Shown in pieces: positions 39,866-49,135 of a stretch of DNA of 64,000 bases. A model generated the notes under the pieces. The model was not told the origin of the DNA and did no database searches. It saw only the letters and a list, made by a program, of their open reading frames with translations. The position numbers and the translations under genes were made by a program. This stretch comes from an uncultured Chloroflexia bacterium. GTDB lineage: Bacteria > Chloroflexota > Dehalococcoidia > DSTF01 > WHTK01. The number at the start of each line of letters is the position of its first letter. Position 1 is the stretch's first letter. Location of the stretch: NCBI GenBank assembly GCA_963732945.1, contig CAVTBL010000017.1:324224-388223 (forward strand). The letters are read 5' to 3'.

Positions 39866-41793
39866 TCAGGCCTTCGAGGCGTCGTACCAGAGCGTGTGCC
39901 AGGTCTCGGAGGGCGCCGTAATCGTGGACTTGGCCGTAAACGCGTCGAAGTTGCCGATGAACGGCCACGCCAGGCTGAAGCCGCTGGCGATGCCGGGCCA
40001 GGGCACCGCCGGCATTTGTAGCGCCATCTCCTTCTGCAGGTCGGTCAGGATGCCCAGGCGCTTGGTGGCATCGAGCTCGACACGCTGCGCCTCGATCAGG
40101 CTCTCGGTCTTCTGGTACCAGGGGAATACGGTGCGCAGCAGACACTGCGGCGGGTTGGCCTTGACGTTGAACCGCACCGTGATCTGGTTGTCGATATCGC
40201 CGCTGACACCGGGCCCCTGGTTCAGCGTGACGCCTTCGTACTCACCACCACCGTTGAAGTACTTGACGTTGAACTCGTTGGTCGGAACGCTGTCGAGGGT
40301 GAGCGCGAACAGGTTTCCTTCCTGCAGCATCTGCTGAAGGGCCTGCTTGCTGGCGCTGCAGGTTCGAAGTAGGCACTGCTGACGTGCGCCGGGAAGGCGA
40401 GCGGCTGGTTGAAGCCCGCCGCCTGCATCTGCTTCTTGGCTTCCGACGGGTTGAGCTTGAAGTAAGCCGCGCCTTCGCCGAGGCCCGTCCCCTTGGGGTC
40501 GATCCAGTACGGCGGCTCGCCGGCGGCGAAGTGGGTGTGCCAGCGCGCTTCGACCGGCAGGCCCTGCTTCTCGAACACGCTCACGTTGTAAAACACGTCG
40601 ATGAACGTGTCGCGGTCGATCAGCATCGACATCGCGCGGCGCACGCGTACGTCCTGGAACGGCGAGCCATCGAGTAAGCCGAAGCTAATCATCGACGGCC
40701 GGGAGTCCGGGAAGGAGTCCGCGTACATATTCAGCTTCGGCTGTTCCTTCTTAACCGGCAGGGTGTCGTCGCCGGGGATGGCGCCGCCGCCGGGGGTGAA
40801 GGCGCCGACCGTGCCGGTAATGAACTGAGCGCGCCGCTGGGCGTACTCCGAGATGATCGGCATGCTCATCTTGTCGAACAGCGTCTGCTTCAGGTGCCAG
40901 GTGTCGTTGCGGCTGTAAGTGAAGCCGACGCTCGGCTCCCACTTGTCGAGGCGCCAGGCGCCCGAGCCGCGCATGTCGGCCTTGGGGTCGAACTTTCCGT
41001 CGGCCTCAACCGGCATCATCCAGAGGTAACGCTGAAAGGCGAAGCGTGAGATCTGGTTGGCCATCGGGAAAGCCAGCTTGACCACGACGGTTTTGTCGTC
41101 GGGAGCTGTAACCGAGGAGACCGGCGAATTGGCGGATAGATCATTGAAGAACTCGCCGCGTGATACGCCCGTCGCGTGGAACTTGTTAGCGCTAAACACC
41201 ACGTCCTGCGCATTCATAAGCCGGCCGTTTGTCGGTGGCCGCGGGTCGAGCTTCAGGTTGCCCCGCAGCTTGAAGGTGAACGTCAGGCCATCCGGGGACA
41301 TCTCCCAGGACTCGGCGCCGTCCGGATCGACCTCGCCCTGCGGTGTCTTTGGGTAAGGAGCGGGACGGTAAAGGACCAGCCGGCTGTAGCTCCAGGGGGC
41401 GTGAGCGGAGCCGATGGTGACGCCGTACGGGTCCAGGTTGAGCACATCGGCGGTTAGAGGATTGACCCAGGTGCCGCCGGGCTTGGCGCTGGACGTCGTG
41501 TCCGTCACCTTGGCGAGCAGTGGCGAAGTCGCTGGTCCGCTGCTCGAAGCGCCGCTCGACGTCGCTCCGCTGGCGCTACTGCTGCCGGACGCGCTGCTAC
41601 CGGACGCGGCGCCGGTTGACGAGCCACTGCTGGAGCTGCCGCCACTACTGCCGGCGCTACTGTTGTTGCTGTTGTTGCTGCTGCCACCACAGGCGGCGAG
41701 GAAGGCAGCGCCAAGCGCCAGGCTGCTCGATGCAGCGAGAGTTCGGCGCCGTGAGATGCGCCTGGCCAACGTGCTTTGCCAGTAGTTATTCAC
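39866..41793 (-). pseudogene. family-5 ABC substrate-binding lipoprotein, paralog 2, frame-disrupted
   Basis: MNNYWQSTLARRISRRRTLAASS..LAACGGSSNNSNNSS.. gives a Tat-like signal, a lipobox and a long Ser/Gly/Asn linker. The body is in ORF 40222..41793 and the C-terminal 154 aa are in ORF 39866..40330. The break lies near 40355-40365. Confidence 0.8.
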
Positions 41794-42017
41794 TTGCCGG
41801 TTCCTTTCCTCCGTCCAAGTCTGTAGGTTCGGCTACATTCTGATTCCGGCAATTTCATTGTCAAGCGTTATAATTTCAAACGTTTGAATATGAACCGGCA
41901 AAAACATCGACGCCGTCGATAGACGGAATCGCTGATTGATTCGATCTACCTTATCGACCTGAACAGAGCAGGGGCGGCCTGAGACGGATTGAGGTTCAGT
42001 GGACCAGGGGCGGTGCC

Positions 42018-42566
42018 TTAGCCGAGGCGCTGGAGCAGCTGGAGGATGGCGTCCTTGTCGTCTTCGCTGAGCTGGGCACAGGCTTCGGCCATGCGCTGGC
42101 TCATCACCGGCAGCACCGTATGGAAGGTCTCGGCGCCTTTGGCGGTCAGCCTCGCGAGGTTGACGCGGCGGTCCTGGTCGCTGGGCAGGCGCTCGATGAG
42201 CTCGTCTTTGACGAGGCCGTCGACGAGATGCCCGACCATCGCGGCGCTGAGGCCGGTGCTCTTGCAGATCTGGTGCAGCGGCAGGCACTGCTCCGGCGCG
42301 CAGTAGATGCTCCGCAATACCGTCAAACGTGCGCCGCTGATGCTAAACGGCAAATTCAGCGAGTCGATGGCGCGAGTAAGAGCCGCCATCTGAACACGGT
42401 TGGCTTCCCAGATGCGCAGGATTATCTCTATGGCTTTCTGGTCGGCGGATTCGAGCAGTTCCGAATACTGACGCGCGCCGGCGATGACGAAGTCGTCATC
42501 CGGCAGCAGGGCCGTCGACTTGCCGTTGCCGAGTTTGCGAGCGATTGAGCCGTTTCTGCGCTGCAT
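42018..42566 (-). CDS. MarR family transcriptional regulator
   Basis: ..LTVLRSIYCAPEQCLPLHQICKSTGLSAAMVGHLVDGLVKDELIERLPSDQDRRVNLARLTAKG.. is a winged HTH. Confidence 0.85.
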   Translation of the reverse strand: MQRRNGSIARKLGNGKSTALLPDDDFVIAGARQYSELLESADQKAIEIILRIWEANRVQMAALTRAIDSLNLPFSISGARLTVLRSIYCAPEQCLPLHQICKSTGLSAAMVGHLVDGLVKDELIERLPSDQDRRVNLARLTAKGAETFHTVLPVMSQRMAEACAQLSEDDKDAILQLLQRLG

Positions 42567-42728
42567 TTATGCCTCTTAACCTAACACGAAAGGTTGATAC
42601 CCATCATCGTTCGACGTTATTAAGCTCTCGCGACCGGTCCGGCTTGAGTGGGATGCAGGCCGGTCGGCCCCGCAAAACGGTGACGCCTGGCGCTTTCGCA
42701 GCTCGTGGAGGCTTGAGATGATCGACTC

Positions 42729-43820
42729 ATGATGGTCTGGTTGTCGGATGCGTCCCGGCCGCTGCGTTCAGCCTTCAGGACGGGCGTCTTCACGCTGAAG
42801 GTGCTTCCAATGCTGCCGTCGCGGCCGCTCGACTTCGTTACGCCGACGCCGGTCGTCGAGAAGCTCACGTACCCGACGCAGACCGGCTCGGCGACGGGCG
42901 ACCTGTACCGGCCGGCAAGCCCCGGGCGTCATCCCGGCGTTGTCGTCTGCCTGGGCGTTGTGCCGTTCGGAGTCGACCATCCCCAGGTGCCGATCCTCGG
43001 CAGGGCGCTGGCGCATGCCGGGTTCGCGGCGCTGCTCTACTGGTCGCCGGCGATGCGCGACTTCCGCCTCGATCCCGAAGACGTGGAGAACATCGCGCTG
43101 GCCTACGATCGCCTCCTCGAGCAACCGTTCATCGACCCCGGGCATAGCGGCCTGATCGGGACCTGCGTCGGCGCTGCGTTCGCGCTGATGGGGGCTGCCA
43201 GCCCGCGGATACGCGACCGCGTCAGGTTCATCGGCGCCTTCGCACCCTACGCGTCGCTGTTCTCGCTGGCGCGAGACATCGCCAGCGCGACGTGCGTGCG
43301 AGACGGCGGACGCAGCGCCTGGCAGGTCGATCAACTCACGCGCAAGGTGTTCTCGCACTCGCTTACAGCGCGCCTGGACCCGGCCGAAGCACAGACGCTG
43401 TGCGCTGCATACGACGCCGGCAGCATCGTTTCGAACCTCGACGGGCTGTCGGCGGACGGTCGTGCCGTCGCGGCGCTGCTGGACGCCCGAGGCCTCCCTG
43501 AGGCGGAGACGGCGCTGGGGGGCCTGCCGCAGGAGATTCACGACGGGCTGAGAGACGCTTCGCCGGCCACCTACTTGGACGACATCCACGCGCCGCTAAT
43601 CGCGATCAGCCACGACCGCGACGACGCCGTCATCCCCGTGAGCGAATCGCGCGCGCTCAGGGACGGGCTCGCCGGGCGAGACGGGCTGCACTACACAGAG
43701 TTCGCGATGTTCGAGCATGCCGACCCGACGAAGCGCAAGCTATCGCCGCTGCGGCTGACCTGGCAGCTCGGCAAGTTCTACCTGTGGCTGAACACGGTGT
43801 TTCGCCAGGCCGTCGCGTAA
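42729..43820 (+). CDS. alpha/beta hydrolase (dienelactone-hydrolase-like, Cys nucleophile motif)
   Basis: ..GLIGTCVGAAFAL.. (G-x-C-x-G elbow) and ..ISHDRDDAVIP... The start is uncertain, with several in-frame Met codons. Confidence 0.6.
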   Translation: MMVWLSDASRPLRSAFRTGVFTLKVLPMLPSRPLDFVTPTPVVEKLTYPTQTGSATGDLYRPASPGRHPGVVVCLGVVPFGVDHPQVPILGRALAHAGFAALLYWSPAMRDFRLDPEDVENIALAYDRLLEQPFIDPGHSGLIGTCVGAAFALMGAASPRIRDRVRFIGAFAPYASLFSLARDIASATCVRDGGRSAWQVDQLTRKVFSHSLTARLDPAEAQTLCAAYDAGSIVSNLDGLSADGRAVAALLDARGLPEAETALGGLPQEIHDGLRDASPATYLDDIHAPLIAISHDRDDAVIPVSESRALRDGLAGRDGLHYTEFAMFEHADPTKRKLSPLRLTWQLGKFYLWLNTVFRQAVA

Positions 43821-43871
43821 TCCGCGCGCGGCCTGTGACGCGGGGCTGATGAAGGGAAGACGAGGGAGGCT

Positions 43872-45215
43872 ATGAACGGATCGCGCAAACGGGTTCTGAT
43901 CCTCGGCGCCGCCGGACGCGACTTCCACAACTTCAACACCGTGTTCCGCGACGCGCCCGAGTATGAAGTAGTCGGCTTCACCGCGGCGCAGATCCCGAAC
44001 ATCGCCAATCGTACGTATCCGCCCGAGCTCTCGGGACGCCTCTACCCGCAGGGCATCCCGATTCACGAGCAGACGGGCTGGGAGCGCATCGTGCGCGACG
44101 GCGCCATCGACGAGGTCGTTTTCGCCTATAGCGACGTGTCGCACCAAGACGTGATGCACATCGCCTCGCGTGCGGTGGCGGCGGGCGCAGATTTCAGGAT
44201 GCTCGGCGCTAATGCGACGATGCTGACCTCGCAGAAGCCGGTGGTTTCGGTGTGCGCGGTGCGTACGGGCTGCGGCAAGAGCCCCGTGAGCCGCTACGTC
44301 GCGCGCCTGTTGCGCGACCTCGGAATACGCGTCGCCGTGGTGCGCCATCCGATGCCATATGGCGACCTCGCGAAGCAGGCGGTGCAGCGTTACGCCATGC
44401 TCGACGACCTTTCGCGCAACGAGTGCACCATCGAGGAGCGCGAAGAGTACGAGCCGCACATCGTCGCGGGCGACCTCGTGTTCGCGGGCGTGGACTACGC
44501 CGCGATTCTGCACGCCGCCGAGGCCGAGGCCGACGTCATCCTCTGGGACGGCGGTAACAACGACATGCCGTTCTACAAGCCCGACCTCGAGATCGTGCTG
44601 GTCGACCCGCATCGCCCGGGCGACGAAACGTCCTACTTCCCGGGCGAGGCCAACCTGGTGCGAGCCGGCGTCGTAGTGATTCCGAAGGTTGACACGGCGA
44701 GCGTCGAAAACCTGACCACTGTGCGCGCCAATATCAAGGCAACGAACCCCAACGCAACGGTCGTCGAGCTCGCGATGCCACCGACGCTCGACGACGCAGA
44801 GGCGATCCGCGGCAAACGCGTGCTCGTGGTCGAGGACGGACCGACGCTGACGCACGGAGGCATGGGCTACGGCGCCGGCTTTATCGCGGCGCAACGCTAC
44901 GGCGCCGCCGAGATCGTCGACCCGCGGCCGTTCGCGGTGGGCAGCATCCGCCACGTGTTCGAGCAGTTCGGCAAGCTCGGACCCGTGCTGCCGGCAATGG
45001 GCTACACCGACACGCAGGTCGCGGAGCTCGACCGGACCATAGAGTCGGCCGATTGCGATATCGTCGTAGTGGCGACACCGGTCGATCTGCGACGCCTGCT
45101 CAACCTGCGCAAGCCCGCCGTGCGCGTGACCTACGAGGTGCAGGAGCTCGGCCCGCCGCACCTCGGGACGATCGTGCGCGAGTTCGCGCGCGAGCGAGGG
45201 TTGGCGGCGGGCTAA
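43872..45215 (+). CDS. COG2403-type predicted GTPase / cyclic 2,3-diphosphoglycerate synthetase homologue
   Basis: KRVLILGAAGRDFHNFNTVFRD..FTAAQIPNI..AVRTGCGKS (P-loop-like)..RHPMPYGDL..CTIEEREEYEPH..WDGGNNDMPF..VEDGPTLTHGGM..LPAMGYTDTQ. Family motifs recalled from memory. Confidence 0.75.
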   Translation: MNGSRKRVLILGAAGRDFHNFNTVFRDAPEYEVVGFTAAQIPNIANRTYPPELSGRLYPQGIPIHEQTGWERIVRDGAIDEVVFAYSDVSHQDVMHIASRAVAAGADFRMLGANATMLTSQKPVVSVCAVRTGCGKSPVSRYVARLLRDLGIRVAVVRHPMPYGDLAKQAVQRYAMLDDLSRNECTIEEREEYEPHIVAGDLVFAGVDYAAILHAAEAEADVILWDGGNNDMPFYKPDLEIVLVDPHRPGDETSYFPGEANLVRAGVVVIPKVDTASVENLTTVRANIKATNPNATVVELAMPPTLDDAEAIRGKRVLVVEDGPTLTHGGMGYGAGFIAAQRYGAAEIVDPRPFAVGSIRHVFEQFGKLGPVLPAMGYTDTQVAELDRTIESADCDIVVVATPVDLRRLLNLRKPAVRVTYEVQELGPPHLGTIVREFARERGLAAG

Positions 45216-45235
45216 CAGGCTGACCCTGCGGCTCG

Positions 45236-46024
45236 GTGTACGATTTAGTCGATGTGAATAATCAAGAAACCCTTTCCAGCATCGCCGAGCGCCTGGACGC
45301 CGAAGACCCGGTGCCGCTGTACGAACAGCTCGCGACCATGCTGCGAGTCGAGATCGAGCGCGGCAGCCTGGCGGCGGGCAGCGCCCTGCCGCCGGAGCCG
45401 CAGCTCGCGCGCCTGCTGGGCGTCAGCCGTCAGACCGTCAACGTGGCGCTCACGGCGCTGGCACGACGCGGCCTGCTGACCCGCAAACGCGGCACCGGCA
45501 CCTTCGTCTCGGAGCCGTTCGTGGAGCAGCCGCTGTCGGGGCTGTACAGCTTCATCCACACGCTGGAGTCGCAGGGACGCCTGCCGGGCGCACGGCTGCT
45601 GGGCTTTCAGCTGGTCGCGGACGACCGCGCATCGCCGCTGCTGGCCGGCGGCGAGACCGACCTCGTCTACGAGATCCGGCGCCTGCGTCTGGTGGATGGC
45701 GAGCCGTTCGCCATCGAGACGACGTATCTCACGGCCGAATGCGGCCAGAAGCTGGCGCTGGACAGGCTCGAGAACACGCCCCTCTACGAGCTGCTCGAGG
45801 AGTGCTGTGGGTTGGTCGTGACGCACGCCAACGAGACGCTGCAGCCGACGACGCTGGACCGCGCCAATGCGGGCCTGCTGGGCGGCCGGGTCGGCGAGCC
45901 TGCGTTTCTGGTCGAACGCACCGGCTTCGCGGGCAAGCGCGCGGTCGAGCTGCGTCTCAGCCTTATCCGCGGCGACCGCTATCGCCTCACGGTGGCGCTG
46001 ACGCGGGAGGAAAACGCCCTCTAG
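45236..46024 (+). CDS. GntR family (HutC/UTRA subfamily) transcriptional regulator
   Basis: ..PLYEQLATMLRVEIERGSLAAGSALPPEPQLARLLGVSRQTVNVALTALARRGLLTRKRGTGTFV.. plus a UTRA-like C-terminal domain. GTG start. Confidence 0.85.
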   Translation: MYDLVDVNNQETLSSIAERLDAEDPVPLYEQLATMLRVEIERGSLAAGSALPPEPQLARLLGVSRQTVNVALTALARRGLLTRKRGTGTFVSEPFVEQPLSGLYSFIHTLESQGRLPGARLLGFQLVADDRASPLLAGGETDLVYEIRRLRLVDGEPFAIETTYLTAECGQKLALDRLENTPLYELLEECCGLVVTHANETLQPTTLDRANAGLLGGRVGEPAFLVERTGFAGKRAVELRLSLIRGDRYRLTVALTREENAL

Positions 46025-46286
46025 TCAACGGTCTACAGTTATCAGTCGTCAGTCTGCTCCAGTTATCCGCTCGCTTCGCCCGACTCGGCTACATTCGACG
46101 CGGCTCGGCCGTAATCCGCGTGGGTGCTTCTGGTACGCCACGGGCGCGGCTCTCACATCCACGACTGTTTTGCAGAGGGACAGGGGACACGGGAGAACTC
46201 ATCGCGGAGGACTGATAACTGCGAACCGACAGCCGTCAAGTGATAACTCTGAACTGAAACTCCCCTACCGATTACCTGACTTTGTC

Positions 46287-46295
46287 TGCTATAAT
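46287..46295 (+). promoter_or_regulatory. candidate extended -10 promoter element (TGCTATAAT)
   Basis: TGnTATAAT at 46287-46295, 32 nt upstream of the TauE-family TTG start (46328). No good -35 hexamer was seen. Confidence 0.4.
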
Positions 46296-46327
46296 CCCGG
46301 TGTTACGTGCATACAGGGGATTAGAAC

Positions 46328-47167
46328 TTGAGCCTCGGTGAATTCTCTTTGATTCTGTTCGCGGCCTCGGTTGGCGCGGGCGCGGTGTCTGCGCTGGTCG
46401 GCGTCGGCGGCGGCGTCCTCATCGTACCGCTGCTGACCATCGGCTTCGGCTTCGACATTCGCACCGCGATCGGCGCCAGTATCGTCTCGGTGATCGCGAC
46501 CTCGAGCGGCGCTGCGGCGGCCTATGTACGTGACCACCTGACGAACATCCGCATCGGCATGCTGCTCGAGCTGGCGACGACGGTCGGCGCCGTCAGCGGT
46601 GCGCTGGTCGCCGGTCTCGTCAACGCCCAGACGCTGTTTCTGCTGTTCGGGGTACTCCTCATCGTCGCGATCGTGCCGATGGTGCGGAAGCTCGGCCAGG
46701 ACGAAAGCATCCACCTGGAAAGTGACTCGCTATCCGAGTTCTTCCGTCTCCCGAGCACCTACCCCGGAGCAGACGGGACCCAGGTTGCCTATGGTGTAAG
46801 ACACGTCCCGGCCGGATTCGCAATCATGTACGTGGCAGGACTGGTTTCGGGACTGCTCGGCATCGGCGCCGGCGTGCTCAAGGTCCTGGCCATGGACACC
46901 GCGATGGGCGTGCCGATTAAAGTGTCGTCGGCGACTAGCAACTTTATGATCGGCGTTACGGCCGCGGCCAGTGCCGGCATCTACTTCTGGCGCGGCGACG
47001 TGGAGCCGGTGGTCGCGGGGCCGGTGGCGGTGGGTGTACTGCTCGGCGCGACGCTGGGCGCCCGCTTCCTGGTCAGAGCCGCCAGCAACACGATTCGCCT
47101 GCTGTTCGTCGCCGTTCTTACGGTTGTCTCGGTCGAGATGCTGCTGAGAGGAGCCGGCATTGCCTGA
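46328..47167 (+). CDS. sulfite exporter TauE/SafE family membrane protein
   Basis: Polytopic, with duplicated ..GVGGGVLIVPLL.. / ..GIGAGVLKVLAM.. motifs. Confidence 0.85.
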   Translation: MSLGEFSLILFAASVGAGAVSALVGVGGGVLIVPLLTIGFGFDIRTAIGASIVSVIATSSGAAAAYVRDHLTNIRIGMLLELATTVGAVSGALVAGLVNAQTLFLLFGVLLIVAIVPMVRKLGQDESIHLESDSLSEFFRLPSTYPGADGTQVAYGVRHVPAGFAIMYVAGLVSGLLGIGAGVLKVLAMDTAMGVPIKVSSATSNFMIGVTAAASAGIYFWRGDVEPVVAGPVAVGVLLGATLGARFLVRAASNTIRLLFVAVLTVVSVEMLLRGAGIA

Positions 47168-47618
47168 CCACACCTCGGTCGAAGACGAAGCGCCACGAAC
47201 GGCCGACGCCACTCAGGGCAATGTCCCGACTCACGGCCCGCCCGGCACCAGCGGCATGGAGATCTGGATCAGCTATGTCCTGCGCTGGGGCGTGATCGCT
47301 GCCGCAATCGTCGTGCTGATCGGCGGCACCGTGTTTCTAATCTCGGGGCCGGCGGCGCGCGACCCACACTCGCTGCACCAGCTGATCAACCAGGACTACA
47401 GCAACCGCTCCTCGATTCAGGCGAAGATCACCGGTCTCAAGCACCTGCGCGGCCTCGAAATCGTCGACCTCGGGTTGATACTGTTGATCCTGACGCCGGT
47501 AATCCGCGTGGCGATGACCTTCGTGCTGTTCTTCAAGCTGCGCGACTGGCTGTTCACTATCCTTACCGCGATCGTGCTGTCGATTCTGCTGCTCGGCATC
47601 TCGGGCGCCGGTGTGTGA
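47160..47618 (+). CDS. DUF1634 domain membrane protein
   Basis: ..EIWISYVLRWGVIAAAIVVLIGG...LILLILTPVIRVAMTFVLFFKLRDW.. Its start overlaps the TauE stop. DUF1634 is a common TauE neighbour. Confidence 0.75.
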   Translation: MPDHTSVEDEAPRTADATQGNVPTHGPPGTSGMEIWISYVLRWGVIAAAIVVLIGGTVFLISGPAARDPHSLHQLINQDYSNRSSIQAKITGLKHLRGLEIVDLGLILLILTPVIRVAMTFVLFFKLRDWLFTILTAIVLSILLLGISGAGV

Positions 47619-47931
47619 GATGGACGACGGCGCTTACGTCGGTTGGCACCTGATCTCGAGTCACGGTCTCACGCTGCTGTGCGTCGCGCGCAATCCAGGC
47701 GCGACGCTGCTAGAGGTCAGCCGGCGCACCGGTCTGACGCCTCGACGCATCGGTCAGATCGTGCGTGACCTGCACGACGCGAATCTGTTCTCTGTCGAAC
47801 GGCAGGGCCGCCGTAACACGTACCGGCTAAACCGCTTCGCCCGCCTCCACGAAGTGTCGATGCCTAATTCGACGCTGGGAGACTTCCTCGACCTGTTCGC
47901 GGCGGCAGGCGCAATCTACGAGTCGTCGTAG
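47611..47931 (+). CDS. winged-helix (ArsR/MarR-like) DNA-binding protein
   Basis: ..LLCVARNPGATLLEVSRRTGLTPRRIGQIVRDLHDANLFSVERQGRRNTYRL.. GTG start overlapping the previous stop. Confidence 0.5.
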   Translation: MCEMDDGAYVGWHLISSHGLTLLCVARNPGATLLEVSRRTGLTPRRIGQIVRDLHDANLFSVERQGRRNTYRLNRFARLHEVSMPNSTLGDFLDLFAAAGAIYESS

Positions 47932-47966
47932 CAACCTCGTAAGCGCTCCGCAACCAGAGACGGTGT

Positions 47967-49010
47967 CTACTTCGCGGCGCTGACGAAGTGCGGTATGACC
48001 TCGTGGCCGATGAGACGCAGCGAGCGCATGACGTCTTCCTGGGGCATGCCGCCCCAGTTGCCCTGGAAGATAACCTGGCCGACGCCCAGTGCGGCGACAT
48101 CTGCGATGTAGCGGCTCGCCTCATCCGGCGTGCAGAACAGGAAGCCGGGGTCATCGGGCTCACTGCCGATGGGGCCGCTGAGCTTGGGTGGCAGCGGGTT
48201 GGGGTTGAAATTCGAGGCCTTACCCGGCGCCGGCGACACTTGCGCCACCATCTTGCGGAACCAGTCGTAGTACGGCCCGGCGACCTCCCAGGCGAGCTGC
48301 CGCGTTGCCTCGATGTGCGTAATGCGCGAGAGCAGCACGTTGTCGCTGCTGAAGGCGTGCCCGGCATCTTCGAGGCCGGCGCGATACGCCGCGATCATCG
48401 GCTCGACCCGATCGAATGGCACACCGGAGGAGAGCTGCATGCGCAGACCGAGACGCCCCGCCTTGGTCGCCGAGGCCGGGCTGCCGGCCGCGACCCAGAC
48501 CGGCGGATGCGGCTGCTGCAGCGGCTTCGGCTCGACCGAGATGTCGTTGTAGGTCCAGAACTTGCCGTGGAACGAGAAGTTGCCGGGCTCCCGCCACGAC
48601 TTGAGGATGATCTCGAGCGCCTCGTCGTAACGCTCGCTCGATTCCTCAATCGGGATGTCGAAGCCGTTGAACTCGGTCCACTGGAAGCCGCGGCCCACGC
48701 CCAGGTCGAGGCGCCCATTCGACAGCATGTCGACGGTCGCGGCCTCTTCGGCGAGACGCGCCGGGTTGTGGAACGGCAGCACCAGCACCGCGGTGCCGAG
48801 ACGGATGCGCGAGGTGCGCGCGGCGATGTAGGCCAACAGCGCCAGCGTGGACGAGAGGATGCCGTGCCGCGTCCAGTGGTGCTCGACGAAGAAGGCGGAG
48901 TCGAAGCCTAGCTGCTCCGCGTACAGCGTCTGCTCGATGGCGTTTTCAAACTGCTGCTTCTGCTCCGTCGATTCCGGCCACTGAACGTTCTGAAACAAAC
49001 CCAGGCGCAC
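47967..49010 (-). CDS. LLM-class flavin-dependent oxidoreductase
   Basis: MRLGLFQNVQWPES..FDSAFFVEHHWTRHG..GRLDLGVGRGF.. Confidence 0.85.
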   Translation of the reverse strand: MRLGLFQNVQWPESTEQKQQFENAIEQTLYAEQLGFDSAFFVEHHWTRHGILSSTLALLAYIAARTSRIRLGTAVLVLPFHNPARLAEEAATVDMLSNGRLDLGVGRGFQWTEFNGFDIPIEESSERYDEALEIILKSWREPGNFSFHGKFWTYNDISVEPKPLQQPHPPVWVAAGSPASATKAGRLGLRMQLSSGVPFDRVEPMIAAYRAGLEDAGHAFSSDNVLLSRITHIEATRQLAWEVAGPYYDWFRKMVAQVSPAPGKASNFNPNPLPPKLSGPIGSEPDDPGFLFCTPDEASRYIADVAALGVGQVIFQGNWGGMPQEDVMRSLRLIGHEVIPHFVSAAK

Positions 49011-49135
49011 GCTCTGCCTCCACTATGCCGGCTTCGCGCCGGCCTCCCGCAATTATAGAGGCGCGTCGTTGGTGCTATCTTGCGCAGCAACACGAGCCCG
49101 AGGGGCCAATTCGCGGAGTAGGTGGAGACACGACG

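Noticed and set aside
41414-41843. Leu/Pro/Cys-rich plus-strand ORFs (41414-41785 and 41520-41843)
   Set aside because: They are the antisense reading of the Ser/Gly/Asn linker and signal region of the binding-protein gene. They are low complexity with no start context.
46036-46221. MITE interpretation of the 12-nt inverted repeat pair
   Set aside because: No target-site duplication is visible, the inverted repeat is only 12 nt, and the element is single-copy in the window. I kept it only as one of several options in the corresponding finding.
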